In this document: positions 9,059-19,806 of the stretch, in pieces
How the letters are laid out: each line of letters begins with the position of its first letter
Numbering within the stretch: position 1 is the stretch's first letter
DNA from: an uncultured Pseudomonadota bacterium
GTDB lineage: Bacteria; Pseudomonadota; Alphaproteobacteria; Rs-D84
Length of the DNA: 64,000 nucleotides
Reading direction: 5' to 3'
NCBI GenBank assembly: GCA_949298405.1
Contig: CASFWA010000001.1
Coordinates: forward strand, 129,883 to 193,882
The notes under the pieces: model-generated
Databases searched by the model: none
Seen by the model: the letters and a program-made list of their open reading frames with translations, nothing else
Told to the model about the DNA's origin: nothing
Made by a program: the position numbers and the translations under genes

Positions 9059-9123
9059 TTTTTTACCTTATTAATAAAGCAATATTAATTTATAAAAACG
9101 TGTTTTCAAGAAATATATAAGGA

Positions 9124-10755
9124 TTATTCTTCAATTTCAACGCTGTCTATATAAGTTCTGTTTACTGATTCTAAAGATACAGGTTGAAAGTCTGGTGATA
9201 TAAATGCATCACTGTCGTCTTCTGGAAGAATTACGATGTTTTCGTGAACAGGTGTTGTTTGTACCTCGTGCGTTATGTTTGCACCATATGTTTTTGACCT
9301 GTACTGACTTCGTAAGCGTTCAGGTATGTTTATATAATCCATAGGATTTATACCAGATGTTTCAAGTTTCATTGAATTTGCTGGTTTAATATTGTGTTGT
9401 TCTATGTTATAAACAGGGCTCATAAAGTTCTGCGGTGCTTCGCGTACTGTTTCTGTTATGCCACCACCTGTTATCTGTACTATACGTAATGCACGTTCAC
9501 TTTCACCAGCCGGTTTTAACCTGAATAAACCGTCAACACCAACATAACCACTTGGGTCTAATAAATATGCTGCATCTGATTTGTTAGAATAAATCATTCC
9601 TATCGCCATGTTTGCAGCATCATAACCAAAGGTTGCTAATCTATTAGGTGCTTTGCCCGACATTTGTTCATATAAGTTAGCAAAACTTTGTGAGATTTCT
9701 GGTAATATTGCATATTTTGCACCATACATTGTAAAGTCACTTGCTATATCAGAACCGTCCCAGACCGCGGTACCATAAAATCTTGCGCTTCTTGAATCAA
9801 CACCATAATATCGTAAGAAAGACGCAAGGTTCTTTGTGTCATCACCGTTGCCTAAGAATAAAACGGCATCATATGGTAAATTGCCTAATGTATCTGATTT
9901 AGAAATTTTTTCTAACTGTATTGTTAAAGAAGATTTTTCAATCGCAGTTAAACGTTCTTTGGTTAGTATATCTGATAATATTTCACGTGCTTTTGTATTC
10001 GCGGCAGTACGTGCAGCATTCATAGATGCTTCTTGGGTCGCTGTTTTTATAGATTCTGAATCGTTTTCTTTGTAATAGAATATGCCGACAGCAGGCGTGT
10101 TATAAATTTCAGATGCTTTTAATGCGGTTCCTGCCATTAGTTTTCCAGACGGTGTGTCAGGAGCAAGAATTACGAAATTTTTTACCCCATCATAAGACAT
10201 TTCTTTGACTATTGCTTCAACACTATTAGTTGGCATTAATGCCATCGTCATTACCCCACCACCAAGTGACGCGGCGTCAGATGTAAATGATAATACTGGT
10301 AAGAGTTCTGGCTTTGCATTACGTAATGTCTTTGCATCGTTTGAGAAAACAGGTCCAACTATTATTTCTGGATTTTCTGTCAGTGCACTGATTATAGCGT
10401 CATTTGTTCCTGTGGCGGTATCATAAAAAGATACAGATAAATTTTGTGGTGCGTTTTGTAAAACGGCAGTCTCAATGGAAGTTCTTATCGTTTGACCAGT
10501 TTGAGCATTGTCACCAGATAAAGGTAATAAAACCGCCATCCTGCGAACAGGTGCACCAATTAAATTATCCGATGGTGTTCCAACTTGGAAATCAGGAGAA
10601 CCATATTGCATATATGCAGGGGAACCAGTCTCTAATGTGCCGTATTCACCAAACCAGTCTTCTTGTGGGGCGCCACAACCGGCAACTAAAACTGATAAGC
10701 AAAATGCAAAAAATCTCTTTATATACATTGAAAAATCCATTTTATTCTGTATCAT
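9124..10755 (-). CDS. LppC/LpoA-family penicillin-binding protein activator lipoprotein (start may be a later Met)
   Basis: Lipobox LVAGC, AVLLPLSG, IIVGP, GYDAA, GVDGLFRL; divergent from rsmI as in other proteobacteria. Confidence 0.85.
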   Translation of the reverse strand: MIQNKMDFSMYIKRFFAFCLSVLVAGCGAPQEDWFGEYGTLETGSPAYMQYGSPDFQVGTPSDNLIGAPVRRMAVLLPLSGDNAQTGQTIRTSIETAVLQNAPQNLSVSFYDTATGTNDAIISALTENPEIIVGPVFSNDAKTLRNAKPELLPVLSFTSDAASLGGGVMTMALMPTNSVEAIVKEMSYDGVKNFVILAPDTPSGKLMAGTALKASEIYNTPAVGIFYYKENDSESIKTATQEASMNAARTAANTKAREILSDILTKERLTAIEKSSLTIQLEKISKSDTLGNLPYDAVLFLGNGDDTKNLASFLRYYGVDSRSARFYGTAVWDGSDIASDFTMYGAKYAILPEISQSFANLYEQMSGKAPNRLATFGYDAANMAIGMIYSNKSDAAYLLDPSGYVGVDGLFRLKPAGESERALRIVQITGGGITETVREAPQNFMSPVYNIEQHNIKPANSMKLETSGINPMDYINIPERLRSQYRSKTYGANITHEVQTTPVHENIVILPEDDSDAFISPDFQPVSLESVNRTYIDSVEIEE

Positions 10756-10776
10756 TTTACTATAAAAGGATTACGA

Positions 10777-11571
10777 ATGCAATCTGGGCTTTATATTGTT
10801 GGTACACCAATAGGTAATTTATCTGATATATCTGCGCGTGCACTGGAAGTCTTGCGTAATGTAGATTTGGTCGCGGCAGAAGATACGCGTGTTTTCGGTA
10901 AGTTAGCGAGTCATTTTGATATAAAAACACCACGTGTTTCTTGTCATGAACATAATGAACGTGATGTTGTGCCAGAATTAATAGAAAAAATCGCAGCAGG
11001 TGCTTCTGTCGCTGCTGTATCTGATGCAGGTATGCCAGGAATAAGTGACCCTGGGTTTCGCCTAGTGCGCGCAGCAAGAGAGGCTAAATTACCAGTTTTT
11101 GTAGTGCCAGGTCCTGTTGCAGCAATATCTGCTTTGGTTTTATCAGGCTTCCCAACAGATAGATTTACTTTCTGTGGGTTCTTTGATGAAAAGAAATTGC
11201 GTGAAGATAATAAAATAAGGCACACAATAATTTATTACGAAAGCCCTAATAGAATTATGACAACTATATCTGCTTTGGCACGTGTAATGCCGGAAAGAAA
11301 AGTTGCAATTGTTCGTGAAATTACAAAAATTCATGAAGAAACTATTATAGGATATCCTGCTGATTTATTAAATATTGTACCACCACGTGGGGAGATAGTA
11401 ATTGTTGTTGCGCCGGCTCCAGAACATAAAATGTCAGATAGTGAAATTACAGAACTTGTTAATGATATTTCTGCTTCTTCTATGAAGTCCGCTGCAGCGG
11501 ACTTGGCGGCGCGTACAGGTATATCTAAAAAAGAAGCATATAAAAGACTGCTAAATAAAGAGGATAAGTAA
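10777..11571 (+). CDS. rsmI: 16S rRNA C1402 2'-O-methyltransferase
   Basis: LYIVGTPIGNLSDIS, AEDTR, SDAGMPGISDPG, YESPNR, REITKIHEE. Confidence 0.96.
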   Translation: MQSGLYIVGTPIGNLSDISARALEVLRNVDLVAAEDTRVFGKLASHFDIKTPRVSCHEHNERDVVPELIEKIAAGASVAAVSDAGMPGISDPGFRLVRAAREAKLPVFVVPGPVAAISALVLSGFPTDRFTFCGFFDEKKLREDNKIRHTIIYYESPNRIMTTISALARVMPERKVAIVREITKIHEETIIGYPADLLNIVPPRGEIVIVVAPAPEHKMSDSEITELVNDISASSMKSAAADLAARTGISKKEAYKRLLNKEDK

Positions 11572-12126
11572 ATGATAAAATTTGTGGGCAGTTTTGAAAC
11601 AGTAGAAAGTTTACCTAAAACCCAATTCCCTGAATATGCTTTTGTCGGGCGCAGTAATGTCGGAAAGTCTTCTTTAATAAATGCGGTTTTGGGTGAAACG
11701 GTTGCAAGAACTTCAAATACTCCTGGGCGTACACAATCTTTAAACTTATTCAATGTTGATGATAAGGTAATGATTGTGGACTTGCCGGGATATGGATATG
11801 CAAAAGTTTCAAAAGAGCAGGCTATGCGCTGGTTGCAAAGGCTAGAAGACTATTTGATGAATCGACGTCAATTAACACGACTTTTTATACTGGTTGATTC
11901 AAGAATAGGTGTTCGTGATTCTGATTTAGATTTAATGGATTTTTGTGACGCAAATGGTATTGTTTATCAAATAGTTTATACAAAAAAAGATAAAAAAGTT
12001 CGCGAGAAAAATCAACGTGAAGTATCTCATGAAAATCATCCTGCTATGATAGCAGATGTTTTGGAAACATCCGCGGAAAAGAAAACAGGCTTGGAACCTA
12101 TAAGGAATATAATTGGCATCAAATAA
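11572..12126 (+). CDS. engB: Ribosome biogenesis GTPase YihA/YsxC
   Basis: GRSNVGKSSLIN, TPGRTQ, DLPGYGYA, TKKD. Confidence 0.95.
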   Translation: MIKFVGSFETVESLPKTQFPEYAFVGRSNVGKSSLINAVLGETVARTSNTPGRTQSLNLFNVDDKVMIVDLPGYGYAKVSKEQAMRWLQRLEDYLMNRRQLTRLFILVDSRIGVRDSDLDLMDFCDANGIVYQIVYTKKDKKVREKNQREVSHENHPAMIADVLETSAEKKTGLEPIRNIIGIK

Positions 12127-14626
12127 AAATATTTTTTATGCAACTAACCCTGCACATATGCTGGATGCTTTATGGCAAGTGTTAAACACATCTGGTGTTC
12201 CGCTGGAAGACATGTTGATATTTGTGCCTAGTCGTCGTGCAGTTCGGGGACTTGAGAAATTTTTAGTTGAAAAATCAGAACATAGTATCATTTTACCGCG
12301 TTTGGTTGCTTTGGGTGAGGGCGCAGAAGATTTAGATGAAGAAGAAACAGAATTCCAAGATGTTGTATCTAATACGGAACGGCTTGTTTTAATTACTAAA
12401 CTTTTAGCACAAGATGCAAGCATTGGAAATATTGCAACTGCATTACCGGTGGCACGTGATTTATTGCGTATGCAGGATTATTTGGAAAACGAAGGTGTGG
12501 ATGCTGCGCAAATTAATTGGATTGATTTAGTCGATGAAAAATATGCGGCTCATTTTCAGCATAAAGCACAACTTTTGAATATTTTGTCTAGAGTGCATGA
12601 TTTATATACCGAAAATAAGCGGACAGAAGTAAATGCTAGAAATCAAGATATTCGGGCGTGGATAAAACATTTAGATGAATATAAGTTGGTCGTTGTATGT
12701 GGGTCTACGGCAAGTGTGCCTGCAACTGCTGATTTAATGGCGGCTATTTCTGAAAAAGAACACGGACGAATAATTTTATCGGGTAAAATTTCAGGGCGTA
12801 GTGAAGATTTCGAATTAGATACTAATCCTTATAATGCAGAGTATAAGTTTTTAAAACGTATAGGGGCATCTATATCAGATATTCAGCCTATTGATGTGGG
12901 AGATAGCGCAATAGACTTTTTTAATTATGCCTTTGGTAATGATACAAAGCGTTTAGAATTTGGTGATTCTTTGCAACATTGTCATATGGTTGAATGCGCC
13001 ATTGAAAGCGAAGAAGCAAAAGTTGTTGCAGAAATAGCGAACAGGTCAATTAAAGATAATAAATCTGTCTTAGTTATTACCCCGGACGCAGCAGGAAATC
13101 AACGTATTGCAACAGAGCTGTCCGCGCTTGGATTGAGTGCGGATTTTTCTGGTGGACTGCCAGGAACAATGACCTCAACAGGACGCGCAATTTTAAACTT
13201 ATTTGATGACTGGATAGAGCAGGGTAACACGAATACTTTTGATAAACTATATTCTGAATATGAATGTGATTTATTTAAGACTATTATAAATTTAGTAGAT
13301 AATTCTGATACCGCGTTTGAACCTCTGTTTGATATGACCGATTCGGTATCTATGCAAATATGGCAAGCAATAAAGAATTTATCTGATTGTTTAAATAAAG
13401 CGGATTTAAAGTTAACTTTATCCGATGCGCGTGCAATATTAGCAGACGCAATAGGTGGTGTGTCTGTTCGTGGGGTTATGGATGATAGCGCGAAAATAGT
13501 TGTCCTGGGTACAATAGAGTCCAGAATGCAGACCGCAGATGTAATTATTCTGACCGGGTTAAATGAAGGTATGTTCCCTGCGCAAGGATATGAAAATGCA
13601 TGGCTACCTCGAAACTTGGCAAAAGAAATAGGTTTGCCGTCGCCTGACAGGAAGGTATCTTTACAAGCATTAGATTTTATGAATCTTTCTTGTGGAAAAG
13701 AAGTTTATTGGTTGCGCAGTTGTGTGTCTGGTGGTGTGCAAACTGCTGAATCCAGATTCCTGTCTCGTGTTGCGGCTAGATACGGAGATTTGGGTAAGGA
13801 ACATGGAAAAGATATTTTAAATTCTGTTCGTGCTCGTGATGATATTGCTTTAAGACCGTTAGATTATTCTGCACCAGTACCTCCTGCAGATTGGACTAAG
13901 GTTTTTGTGACGGAATTAGAGTTATTAATTCATAATCCGTATGCTTTTTATGTTCGTCATATTTTGCGTCTGCAGCCAAAAGATGACTATTGGTTGCCGC
14001 CAGATGCAAGGGTTTTTGGAAATCTTGTTCATGATGTTATAAAAGATGCTAAAGATTTTTCTGCCGATTCGCTTGTTCGTGAAATGGATTTGCGTGCACG
14101 TGATATTTTAGGGAGTGATAGCATATTGTTCCATTTTTGGCATAAACGTTTTTTAGAAATTGCACCAGTTGTGTCAGCAGAATTATCTGATATTAAAAAT
14201 GCATGTATAGAAGTTGATGGCAGTTTCTATATTGGTGGACGCGAAATTTGTGCACGTGCAGATAGAATTTGGGATGGTGGCGTTATGGATATAAAAACTG
14301 GTGCGGCACCTAGTAAAAAACAATTGGAAGAGGGTAATATGCCTCAATTACCATTAGAAGCATATATCTTAAAAAATGGCGGTTTCCCAATACATACAAC
14401 TGAAAAATCTAAAACGCCAGTAATGATGTTTTTACAATTAAAGCATAATAATGTAAAACCTATATTATATGATGAAAAGACAACAGAAAATATGATGAAT
14501 GCGGCGGTAGAAAAAACAAAAGAATTAATCAATATATTTTCTGTCGGATGCGCTCCATATGAATATAGAGAAACAGGCGACAGAAAATATAAGGCATATG
14601 ATGATTTGGCTAGATGTGATGATTAA
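12113..14626 (+). CDS. addB: Double-strand break repair protein AddB-like (PD-(D/E)XK nuclease)
   Basis: VPSRRAVR, GSTASVPATA, GLNEGMFP, ESRFL, NPYAFY, ARADRI, DIKTG, PQLPLEA; TTG start. Confidence 0.85.
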   Translation: MASNKNIFYATNPAHMLDALWQVLNTSGVPLEDMLIFVPSRRAVRGLEKFLVEKSEHSIILPRLVALGEGAEDLDEEETEFQDVVSNTERLVLITKLLAQDASIGNIATALPVARDLLRMQDYLENEGVDAAQINWIDLVDEKYAAHFQHKAQLLNILSRVHDLYTENKRTEVNARNQDIRAWIKHLDEYKLVVVCGSTASVPATADLMAAISEKEHGRIILSGKISGRSEDFELDTNPYNAEYKFLKRIGASISDIQPIDVGDSAIDFFNYAFGNDTKRLEFGDSLQHCHMVECAIESEEAKVVAEIANRSIKDNKSVLVITPDAAGNQRIATELSALGLSADFSGGLPGTMTSTGRAILNLFDDWIEQGNTNTFDKLYSEYECDLFKTIINLVDNSDTAFEPLFDMTDSVSMQIWQAIKNLSDCLNKADLKLTLSDARAILADAIGGVSVRGVMDDSAKIVVLGTIESRMQTADVIILTGLNEGMFPAQGYENAWLPRNLAKEIGLPSPDRKVSLQALDFMNLSCGKEVYWLRSCVSGGVQTAESRFLSRVAARYGDLGKEHGKDILNSVRARDDIALRPLDYSAPVPPADWTKVFVTELELLIHNPYAFYVRHILRLQPKDDYWLPPDARVFGNLVHDVIKDAKDFSADSLVREMDLRARDILGSDSILFHFWHKRFLEIAPVVSAELSDIKNACIEVDGSFYIGGREICARADRIWDGGVMDIKTGAAPSKKQLEEGNMPQLPLEAYILKNGGFPIHTTEKSKTPVMMFLQLKHNNVKPILYDEKTTENMMNAAVEKTKELINIFSVGCAPYEYRETGDRKYKAYDDLARCDD

Positions 14627-15397
14627 TTAATCTAACTTTAACATCAAGCCACAATGGTCAGTTGGTTTTGTTGCAAGTCTTGGTTCGATATCTATTTCGC
14701 AATTTTTTATAATTTTCATTGCAGCAGGGTTTGCTAGGAAATAGTCTAGGCGCAATCCTTGCTTTTTCCCAACAGTATCACCACCGCGATAACCGTACCA
14801 TGTGTAATCTATTGTGTCAGGGTGTTGTGTGCGCCATACGTCTGTCCAACCAGAGTTTAACCATTGGTTCATAATTTCTCTGGCTTGTGGAGCAGCAATT
14901 GCAATACCTACGTAATTTTGTGGTTTCCAAACATCCTTGTCTTCTAATGCTACATTAAAGTCACCGCCAATAATTACAGGTTCTTCAGAATTTATGTATT
15001 GTGAAATGTAGTCTGTAAATGCTTTCATCCATTCTAGTTTATATGGAAACTTTGGCGATTCGATTGTGTCACCGTTCGGCATATATACATTTATTAAACG
15101 AATTCGTCCGTCTACAACACATTCAAGAAATCTTGCATTTACATCTGGATAGGTTGGAAGACCTGTTGTGACATCTTCAATAGAATATTTAGAAAAAGTC
15201 GCAACTCCATTCCAACTTTTTTGCCCAAAAACCTTTATGTTATAGCCGTATTCGTCAAATAAATTATGCGGAAAACTGGCATTTTCTACTTTAAGTTCTT
15301 GAACCATTATCGTGTCGTATTTGCCGCGACGTAAAATATCTAAAAAACTCTCTGCATGGGCGCGGATAGAGTTTATATTCAGTGTTAGTATTTTCAT
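14627..15397 (-). CDS. xth: Exodeoxyribonuclease III
   Basis: MKILTLNINSIR, QELK, NVYMPNG, GDFNVA, GLRLDY, TDHC; start set at ATG 15397. Confidence 0.93.
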   Translation of the reverse strand: MKILTLNINSIRAHAESFLDILRRGKYDTIMVQELKVENASFPHNLFDEYGYNIKVFGQKSWNGVATFSKYSIEDVTTGLPTYPDVNARFLECVVDGRIRLINVYMPNGDTIESPKFPYKLEWMKAFTDYISQYINSEEPVIIGGDFNVALEDKDVWKPQNYVGIAIAAPQAREIMNQWLNSGWTDVWRTQHPDTIDYTWYGYRGGDTVGKKQGLRLDYFLANPAAMKIIKNCEIDIEPRLATKPTDHCGLMLKLD

Positions 15398-15466
15398 ATT
15401 TGCAATCTGTCTCCTTCTGGATATAATAATTCCTGTCCAATATAAAAAAAACAAGGATTTTTTATT

Positions 15467-17047
15467 ATGAATATGTATCAATTACTGGAACGTGCAGCAA
15501 GTACATGGCCAGACAATTTGTTCTTGGTTCGCGAAAATGTCACGTTCGCAGGATTTGTAGATTTAGTTAAAGCGCGCGCCGCTTCATTAGATGCTATCGG
15601 TGTAAAGCGCGGTGATGTTGTTGGTGTTTTAGCACATAATATTCCAGAATTTCCGATAACTTTGTTCGCTATATGGTATCTTGGCGGAAAGGCGTTATTG
15701 CTGGATACTAATTTAACACCGTTTGAATATGACAATATGACAGAAGTCACAGATTGCCATCTTGTATGTGCAGAAAAATCTTTCTTTTATAAAACAGATA
15801 AGTTCAAGTTTTATGATATAACCAAGAAAGATGGAAAAATAAATCCAGATTTGAAACCTGCACCGACAGAATCTTTGGACATTGCAACTATGTCTTTCAC
15901 ATCGGGGTCAACTGGTACACCAAAAGTTGTACCTTTGAGTCACTTTAATTTAATCGAATGTTCAAATTCTTTGGAAGATATGCATGAATGGATACAGCCA
16001 GGGTTCGTTATGTATGGTTTCTTGCCGATGTATCATATTTTCGGCTTTGCTGTCGAGTTGCTGGCGACTTTGCATTATGGAGCAGGGGTATTATTGCAAC
16101 CAACAGTTAACCCAAAAGAAATTTTGGCTGATTTTAAACAGTATAGACCTCATGTTATACCGGCTGTTCCGCGTTTGTGGGAGGTTTTCCGTAATAAAAT
16201 TATCGATAATATAAAATCTCAACATAAATGGTGGTTGGCTTCAATCGTTCTTAAATATGGTAATGTGTTAAAGAAAATAGGATTAGGGGCTTTAGTTCGT
16301 AAAGTTCAAGAACCTGTTTTGGCCGTATTCGGTGGTCGTGCAAAGTTATTAATCGCAGGTGGTGCGGCAACGAAACCAGAAGTAGAAACTTTTTATGAAC
16401 GCCTTGGGTTGACCTTTATACAAGGTTACGGTATGACAGAAACTGTTGGACCTATCTGTATTTCTAAACCAACTAAAAAGCGTTTGCCTTTTGCGTTTGG
16501 TGGCCCAACAACTAATAACGAATGCGAAATTCGTGATAAAAACGAAGATGGTGTCGGCGTTTTATGGTTGCGTGGTCATCAGGTCTTTGGTGGTTACCTA
16601 AATAACCCTGGGGCTAATGAAGACTCTTTTGATGAACGTGGTTTCTTTAATACTGGGGATATGGTTACCATGGATAAAAATGGTGAATTGCATTTCGCAG
16701 GTCGAAAAAAGCAAGTAATCGTCTTGGATTCTGGTAAAAATGTATATCCAGATGAATTGGAAGGATTGTTTATCACAATTCCTGGTGTTAAAAATGTTGC
16801 GGTGTTTGAACATAAAGTAAAAGACAAAACTGTCACATACGGTGTGTTCAGTGTAGAACCAACGATGACGCTTGAAAAATTGGCGGCTGCAATTGCACAA
16901 GCAAATAAGAAAGTTGCTTCTTATAAATGGGTGACCCATTTCGCTATGACAACAGATGATTTACCACTTACAAGTACGCAAAAGGTAAAACATCATGTCG
17001 TTCGTCAGAACTTGATTGATGGTAAATATCCAATAAGAAAAGAGTAA
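15467..17047 (+). CDS. Long-chain acyl-CoA synthetase (AMP-binding enzyme)
   Basis: FTSGSTGTPK, QGYGMTE, FNTGD, GRKK..IVLDSGKNVYP. Confidence 0.9.
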   Translation: MNMYQLLERAASTWPDNLFLVRENVTFAGFVDLVKARAASLDAIGVKRGDVVGVLAHNIPEFPITLFAIWYLGGKALLLDTNLTPFEYDNMTEVTDCHLVCAEKSFFYKTDKFKFYDITKKDGKINPDLKPAPTESLDIATMSFTSGSTGTPKVVPLSHFNLIECSNSLEDMHEWIQPGFVMYGFLPMYHIFGFAVELLATLHYGAGVLLQPTVNPKEILADFKQYRPHVIPAVPRLWEVFRNKIIDNIKSQHKWWLASIVLKYGNVLKKIGLGALVRKVQEPVLAVFGGRAKLLIAGGAATKPEVETFYERLGLTFIQGYGMTETVGPICISKPTKKRLPFAFGGPTTNNECEIRDKNEDGVGVLWLRGHQVFGGYLNNPGANEDSFDERGFFNTGDMVTMDKNGELHFAGRKKQVIVLDSGKNVYPDELEGLFITIPGVKNVAVFEHKVKDKTVTYGVFSVEPTMTLEKLAAAIAQANKKVASYKWVTHFAMTTDDLPLTSTQKVKHHVVRQNLIDGKYPIRKE

Positions 17048-17048
17048 G

Positions 17049-17078
17049 AAAAAAAGCCCCTAAAAAAGGGGCTTCTTT
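17049..17078. terminator. Bidirectional terminator between acyl-CoA synthetase and mnmE
   Basis: AAGCCCC-loop-GGGGCTT with A/T flanks between convergent genes. Confidence 0.75.
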
Positions 17079-18378
17079 ATTTGCCTAAGCATAATTGTGA
17101 GAATGTTGCGTCCATAACTTCCGCTGCAGTTATTGTACCTAAGATTTTTCCTATGTTATCAGCGGCTAGTCTTACATGTTCTGAAAAAATATCATAATTT
17201 TCATCAGGGGCATTCAGTGCTTTTTTTAATTCTTCTGCCGCGTCTGTTAATAATGCTTTTGTTCTAGTATTGACCGCTATACCCGATTCGGCGTCGTTTG
17301 TTAAATCATGAATTTTATCTTTTATTGCTTTCATAAGGCTATCAATACCTTCATCTGTTTTGGTTGATATATATATGCCTTCTTTACTTTTTTTGCCTTT
17401 GAATAAATCTAATTTATTAAATACTATAAGTTCTTTTTCGGTAGGTTTTTTGTCTGTTTTTTCGGTTGCTTCGAATACATGTAAAACTAAATCTGCATTT
17501 TCTATTTCGGTTATCGTTCTTTCGATACCCATTTTTTCAACTGTATCTGTAGCTTCGCGAATACCTGCTGTGTCAGATAAATTGACTAAATATCCATCTA
17601 TATCAAGTTGCGCAGAAACAACATCGCGTGTTGTACCTGGTACGTCAGAAACAATTGCACGAGATGAACCAACCATTAAATTAAATAGAGACGATTTGCC
17701 GACGTTTACTGCACCTGCAAGCGTTATGTTAAATCCGCTGCGGATAGCGCGTACAGCTGTATAGCGCGAAATTGTATCATTGATTTCTTTATATAATTTT
17801 GCTGTTTTTTCTTTTATTGTTTTATTAATGTTTTGTGGTAATTCATCTTCCGAATAATCTAAAATTGCAGCAGCGTATGCTGATATTTCTATCATTTGAT
17901 TTCGCCACGTGTCATATTGCTTGCTGTCTGTGCCAATCATAGATTTTAACGCACTTTGACGCTGTTTGTCTGTCTGGGCGTCTAGTAATGCGGCAAGACC
18001 ATCTATGTCGGCTAAATCCATTTTATTGTTATAGAAGGCACGTTTAGAAAATTCACCAGGTGTTGCCATACGCATCCCCAGACCTTGAAGGTGTTCAAAT
18101 ATTTTTTCTATAACTGCTTGGGCACCATGGCTATGTATTTCAATTATATCTTCCCCAGTAAAAGATTGTGGTGCTTCAAAATAAACACAAATTACTTGGT
18201 CTATTAAATAATTACTGGCATCTTTTAAGTTCGCAAAGTATGCATGGCGCGGAGTAAATATTTTTTTATTTATAAATTTTGAAAATATATATTTAAGATT
18301 TGTACCACTGATTCTTATTACTGCAACTCCAGATTTACCATGACCACTTGATAACGCAAATATTGTTTCGTTATTCAT
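17077..18378 (-). CDS. mnmE: tRNA modification GTPase MnmE
   Basis: SFTGED, PGEFSKRAF, GAVNVGKSSL, PGTTRD, DTAGIR, NKLD, CLGK C-terminus. Confidence 0.97.
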   Translation of the reverse strand: MNNETIFALSSGHGKSGVAVIRISGTNLKYIFSKFINKKIFTPRHAYFANLKDASNYLIDQVICVYFEAPQSFTGEDIIEIHSHGAQAVIEKIFEHLQGLGMRMATPGEFSKRAFYNNKMDLADIDGLAALLDAQTDKQRQSALKSMIGTDSKQYDTWRNQMIEISAYAAAILDYSEDELPQNINKTIKEKTAKLYKEINDTISRYTAVRAIRSGFNITLAGAVNVGKSSLFNLMVGSSRAIVSDVPGTTRDVVSAQLDIDGYLVNLSDTAGIREATDTVEKMGIERTITEIENADLVLHVFEATEKTDKKPTEKELIVFNKLDLFKGKKSKEGIYISTKTDEGIDSLMKAIKDKIHDLTNDAESGIAVNTRTKALLTDAAEELKKALNAPDENYDIFSEHVRLAADNIGKILGTITAAEVMDATFSQLCLGK

Positions 18379-18379
18379 T

Positions 18380-18961
18380 TTATTTATTCCCGCTTATTTC
18401 TTTTAATGCCATAGGCACTAGTTTTGCTACATCTGCATTTGGATTTTCTGATACTAATTTTTGTGCCATATCTATTATATCCAACCTTCTATATCCCAAT
18501 GATTCAAGCGCAGACAATAAATCGGGTAGGGCGCTTCCTGTGCTTGAATCCAAAGTATTAAATTCAAATGATGCACCACCGATTTTATTCTTTAATTCTA
18601 ATATTATTTTTTCTGCCATCTTTTTACCAACACCAGGTGCGGTTGCTATTGTTTTTGCGTCCCCAGTTGCAATTGCAGATATTAATGTATCTGTCTTTAT
18701 TGTGCCCATTATTGCCAATGCAACCTTGGGACCAACACCAGATACGCCTGTTAACTGATTAAAAAGATTTTGACTGGAAATTGTAGAAAAACCGAAAAGC
18801 CGGATAGAGTCTTCGCGGACAACCGTTTCTATCCATAAAGATACAGTCGATTTCGGCGTTAAGTATTCCGGGGTAAAAACTTTGTAACCAACGCCACCTG
18901 TCATCAAAATAACAAAACCGTCGCCAGTATAATCAACAACTCCTTGCAATTTGCCAATCAT
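18380..18961 (-). CDS. ruvA: Holliday junction branch migration protein RuvA
   Basis: MIGKLQG, GVGY, VREDS..LFGF, VSGVGPKVAL, PGVGKKMAEKIILEL. Confidence 0.97.
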   Translation of the reverse strand: MIGKLQGVVDYTGDGFVILMTGGVGYKVFTPEYLTPKSTVSLWIETVVREDSIRLFGFSTISSQNLFNQLTGVSGVGPKVALAIMGTIKTDTLISAIATGDAKTIATAPGVGKKMAEKIILELKNKIGGASFEFNTLDSSTGSALPDLLSALESLGYRRLDIIDMAQKLVSENPNADVAKLVPMALKEISGNK

Positions 18962-19011
18962 TTGTTATCCTTTTGGGGTAATTCTAATCTAATAAAATTA
19001 AAAGGTCAAAT

Positions 19012-19728
19012 ATGAGTGGACACAGTAAATGGCATAATATTCAGCACAAAAAGGGTGCAAATGATGCTGCTCGTAGCGGTTTGTTTACGAAGTTAGCACG
19101 CGAAATTACAATGGCTGCAAAGTTAGGTGATAAGAACCCAGATAATAACCCTCGGTTGCGTTTGGCTGTTTTAAATGCTCGTAAAAATTCTATGCCGAAC
19201 GATAATATTAAACGTGCTATTGAAAAAGCATCTGGCGCTAATACAGAAAACTATGTCGCAGTACGTTATGAAGGTTATGGCCCAGGTGCAGTCCCTGTTA
19301 TTGTAGAGGCTTTGACTGATAATCCACGTCGTACTGTTCCAGAAATTCGTAATATATTTGCTAAAAATGGCGGAAATATGGGCGAAGAAGGTAGTGTTGT
19401 ATTTATGTTTACTCGTGCAGGTCAGATTTTCTATCCTGCGTCTATCGGTAAGACAGAAGATGAAATGATGGAAATTATCATGGATGCAAATGCTGATAAC
19501 TTAGAAACTTCTGAAGAAGGTTTTATTATCACAACAAAACCAGATGATTTTATGACCGTTCAAAAGGCATTAAATGATAAGTTAGGTGAACCAGAAAGTG
19601 CAGAACTGACATGGATTCCAAATATGCCTATGGATTTAGACGAAGAAACTTATGCAAAAATTGAAAAGTTAGTAGACGCTTTGGATGATAATGACGATGT
19701 TCAGAAAGTCTTTACTGCAGCAGCATAA
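19012..19728 (+). CDS. yebC: YebC/PmpR family protein
   Basis: MSGHSKWHNIQHKKG, NPRLRLA, YEGYGPG, DDNDDVQKVF. Confidence 0.96.
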   Translation: MSGHSKWHNIQHKKGANDAARSGLFTKLAREITMAAKLGDKNPDNNPRLRLAVLNARKNSMPNDNIKRAIEKASGANTENYVAVRYEGYGPGAVPVIVEALTDNPRRTVPEIRNIFAKNGGNMGEEGSVVFMFTRAGQIFYPASIGKTEDEMMEIIMDANADNLETSEEGFIITTKPDDFMTVQKALNDKLGEPESAELTWIPNMPMDLDEETYAKIEKLVDALDDNDDVQKVFTAAA

Positions 19729-19744
19729 GTTTTGTGTTTTTACA

Positions 19745-19778
19745 AATAAAAAATGTCGCAGTTGCGGCATTTTTTATT
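19745..19778 (+). terminator. Terminator after yebC
   Basis: AAAAAATGTCGCA-gt-TGCGGCATTTTTT. Confidence 0.6.
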
Positions 19779-19806
19779 GTATAATTTATGGAAAAGAAGG
19801 TTTCTT

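Noticed and set aside
9059-9123. Arg-codon leader peptide upstream of argS
   Set aside because: No uORF with Arg codons and no CCCC/GGGG hairpin in the 65-bp gap
18965-18981. CCTTTTGGGGTA upstream of yebC, matching the serS leader hairpin sequence
   Set aside because: It is the reverse complement of the ruvA SD region (AAAAGGA); there is no ATG-led uORF, cognate codon run or second hairpin, so it is probably coincidental
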